Below, piece after piece: positions 61,079-64,000 of a DNA stretch of 64,000 nucleotides (the first letter of the stretch is position 1; each line of letters begins with the position of its first letter). The stretch comes from the human T2T-CHM13v2.0 reference genome, Homo sapiens. The position numbers were made by a program, and so were the translations under genes. The stretch lies in NCBI RefSeq assembly GCF_009914755.1, contig NC_060927.1; one strand, 5' to 3'. The notes under the pieces were generated by a model. It saw only the letters and a list, made by a program, of their open reading frames with translations. It was not told where the DNA came from and searched no databases.

Positions 61079-61249
61079 GTGAGTAGTTTACCTGCCGCCC
61101 CACCCCCACCCCGAAACACACACACACACATGGGCACACACCACCACCACTTCTTTTTTGGCCTGTGCCTGTTTTTTCACTGTGCTACATTTTGACATAA
61201 GTTCAATCTATAAAGAAAAAGTCCAGGAGAGTCCAACTCCTCTTATACT

Positions 61250-61990
<741 letters not shown>

Positions 61991-63139
61991 TGTTACACAT
62001 TTAGGATTCTGGCAGCCACCACAGCTAACTCTCAGTGAGCAGTCTCTCATCCTGTGTTACTCACCACTCTAAGAATTTTTATTAACTCATTTAGTCCTGA
62101 GGTGTGGTATAATTATTTTCATCCCCATTTTACAGACAAAGAACCTGAGGTGAGAGAGGTCCTCCTTCTCAGATGGCAGCATCAGTATCTGAGCCCGCAT
62201 AGGTTCAGATTTAAATTGTTTCTCCGGTTGTGACAAAAACAAGGTGCTGCTCTGCCTACAAGCATTTTCTGCCCTGAATAATGCCTTTGGGAGGGTTTCC
62301 ACATCTTTCCTTGCTCTGGACTAAGGATCAAGTAAAAAAAGAGAGTGGGGCAGGGATGCTCCACTGGATTGGATCTGTCTAGACTCACTGCTAGCAGTGA
62401 GAAATCCAACTCCATCTAGATGGGTGAGAAGGGGGATTTGTAGGAAGATCCCTGGAGCAGCTCAAACAGTCATGTGACTAGATCCAAAGGCAATGTGCCC
62501 AACCCTCCCCTCGCAGCTCCACACTCTGGGCCTGTCCTCACTGCTCTAGCGCTGGGTGAGTGCCTTCAAGCACCTTCTCTGCCACTTCTGAGTGGGTTAG
62601 GATGACCCTGAGGAAGCCCACAGCCTGGCAAGGGTGGCTTGTGTCTAGCTCCAGACCGGCTACCACAGCCGAGGGGAGGGGAACCATGATAGGCCCAGCC
62701 AGGACCACAGCCCCCACTCGGGCTCAGGCTAGGCTCAGGAGCACGGCGGCGGGGGCGGGGGGTGCTCAGGAGCATGGGGGAGCCTTTCAGAGAAGAGGGA
62801 AGGAAGCAGGGCAAGTGCCCAGCACAGATGCTGCATAATCTACAATAGCAAAAGATTGGAAGCTGCCCAGTAGTACTGAACAAAACAAGGTTAAATAAAG
62901 CTGCTCTAGCCACTCAGCAAAACACTATGTAGCTGTTTAACAAGCAGGAATATCTGGTGGGAATGACAGGACTCGCTGTTTCTCTGTCTACACACATGCA
63001 CACACACACACACACAACAAACATGCACACACACATACATACACATATGTAATAATTCACAGGTAAGAAAAATATAGGCAAGAATTATATCATAATAGAA
63101 GAATCAAATGGCTTTTAATCTGTTTACCAAACTTTTCTT

Positions 63140-64000
63140 TACGGGTTCAACAAATTATTGTCTGTACCAGGCAAGGCACTGGGGACATGACAGGGAACAC
63201 AATAGAAGAAAAATCCCTGCCCTCATGGAATTTACATTCTAGTGGGGGAGGCAGATGACAAGATAAATAAGCAAAATACACCTTATATTGGATAACGATA
63301 GTGTAAGGAGAAAAAGCAATGAAGGCAAAGGGGAAGTTGGGATGCAGTGGTAACGGTTTAGACACGATGACCAGGGAAGGCTGAAGGAAATGAGGGACCA
63401 AGCTCTGCAGATATTGGGAGAGGTGCATTTTGGGCAGCGGGAATAGCAGGTGCAAAGGCCCTGAGGTGCCCACGCAGGGAACAGCATGGAGGTGATGTGG
63501 CTAGAGTGCGGTTATGAGGGGGAAGGGCAAACTAAGAGAGGAGTCAGAGAGGAAATGCAGCCAGATCACATGGGGCCTTGCAGCCAGCCACCCTAAAGGC
63601 TTTGGCTTTGTTGCAGTGAAATGAGAGCTATTTGAGGGCTTTGAGCAGAGAAGTAGCCAACCCTTCAGAAGGTTCCCTCTGACTCTGAGTTGAGAACAAG
63701 CTGAAAGGAGGTAAAGGCAGAGGCTTGGAGGCCGCAGTCATTCAGGTGAGAGGGGAGAATGACCTGGAGGGTGGTAGGAGCGGGAGGGGAGCAGTGGCCA
63801 CTCTACAAGTAGAGTCTTTTGACAAGTGAAGAGAAGAGAGATACAAAAGTCAAAGATGACGCCCCAGGCTTTGGGCCTGAGCAACCAGGAGGTTGGGGTG
63901 CTCCTTAACAGAGATGTGGGAAGAGGATCAGGAGAGTCGGGCATCCTAGAAGCCAGGTGAGACAAGGCTTCGAGGAAGAGAAAGTGACCAACTCCATCAC
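63140..64000 (-). mobile_element. L2 3' region
   Basis: TTCAACAAATTATTG...CCCTGCCCTCATGGAATTTACATTCTAGTGGGGGAGGCAGA...GCAAAGGCCCTGAGG. Confidence 0.8.

Noticed and set aside
62740-62765. GC-rich GGCGGCGGGGGCGGGGGG (Sp1/G4-like)
   Set aside because: Too short for a CpG island; no other promoter evidence is visible.

Overview
Human (primate) genomic DNA, almost entirely intronic and repeat-rich: about 44 Alu copies/fragments (~20% of the window), MIR, L2, old and young L1, MaLR/ERVL LTRs, one solo LTR12 and several hAT DNA-transposon relics. One real coding exon, missed by the ORF track, lies on the minus strand at 35377-35465. It encodes MDSSTAMNQCSCRGMEENKE(R), which I recognise as the N-terminus of the long isoform of ARHGEF3 (chr3p14.3). 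The window is therefore most likely ARHGEF3 intron 1 (right part), exon 2 and intron 2 (left part). The nested antisense gene SPATA12 probably starts near 60.9-61.1 kb (recalled annotation, not verified). None of the listed ORFs looks like a host gene. I found no new protein-coding system. The most unusual observations are: several apparently locally templated insertions/duplications (173 bp copied into an Alu 3' end, a 40-bp Alu piece sharing private variants with an Alu 4 kb away, 38-bp repeats around an internal L1 fragment, a 66-bp tandem duplication); an AP-1-capped hairpin near the putative SPATA12 start; a structurally intact antisense LTR12; a candidate poison exon whose donor overlaps an NF-E2 site; and a zero-spacer inverted Alu pair. 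Repeat boundaries were read by eye (about +/-10 bp, more for old elements) and subfamily calls are tentative.
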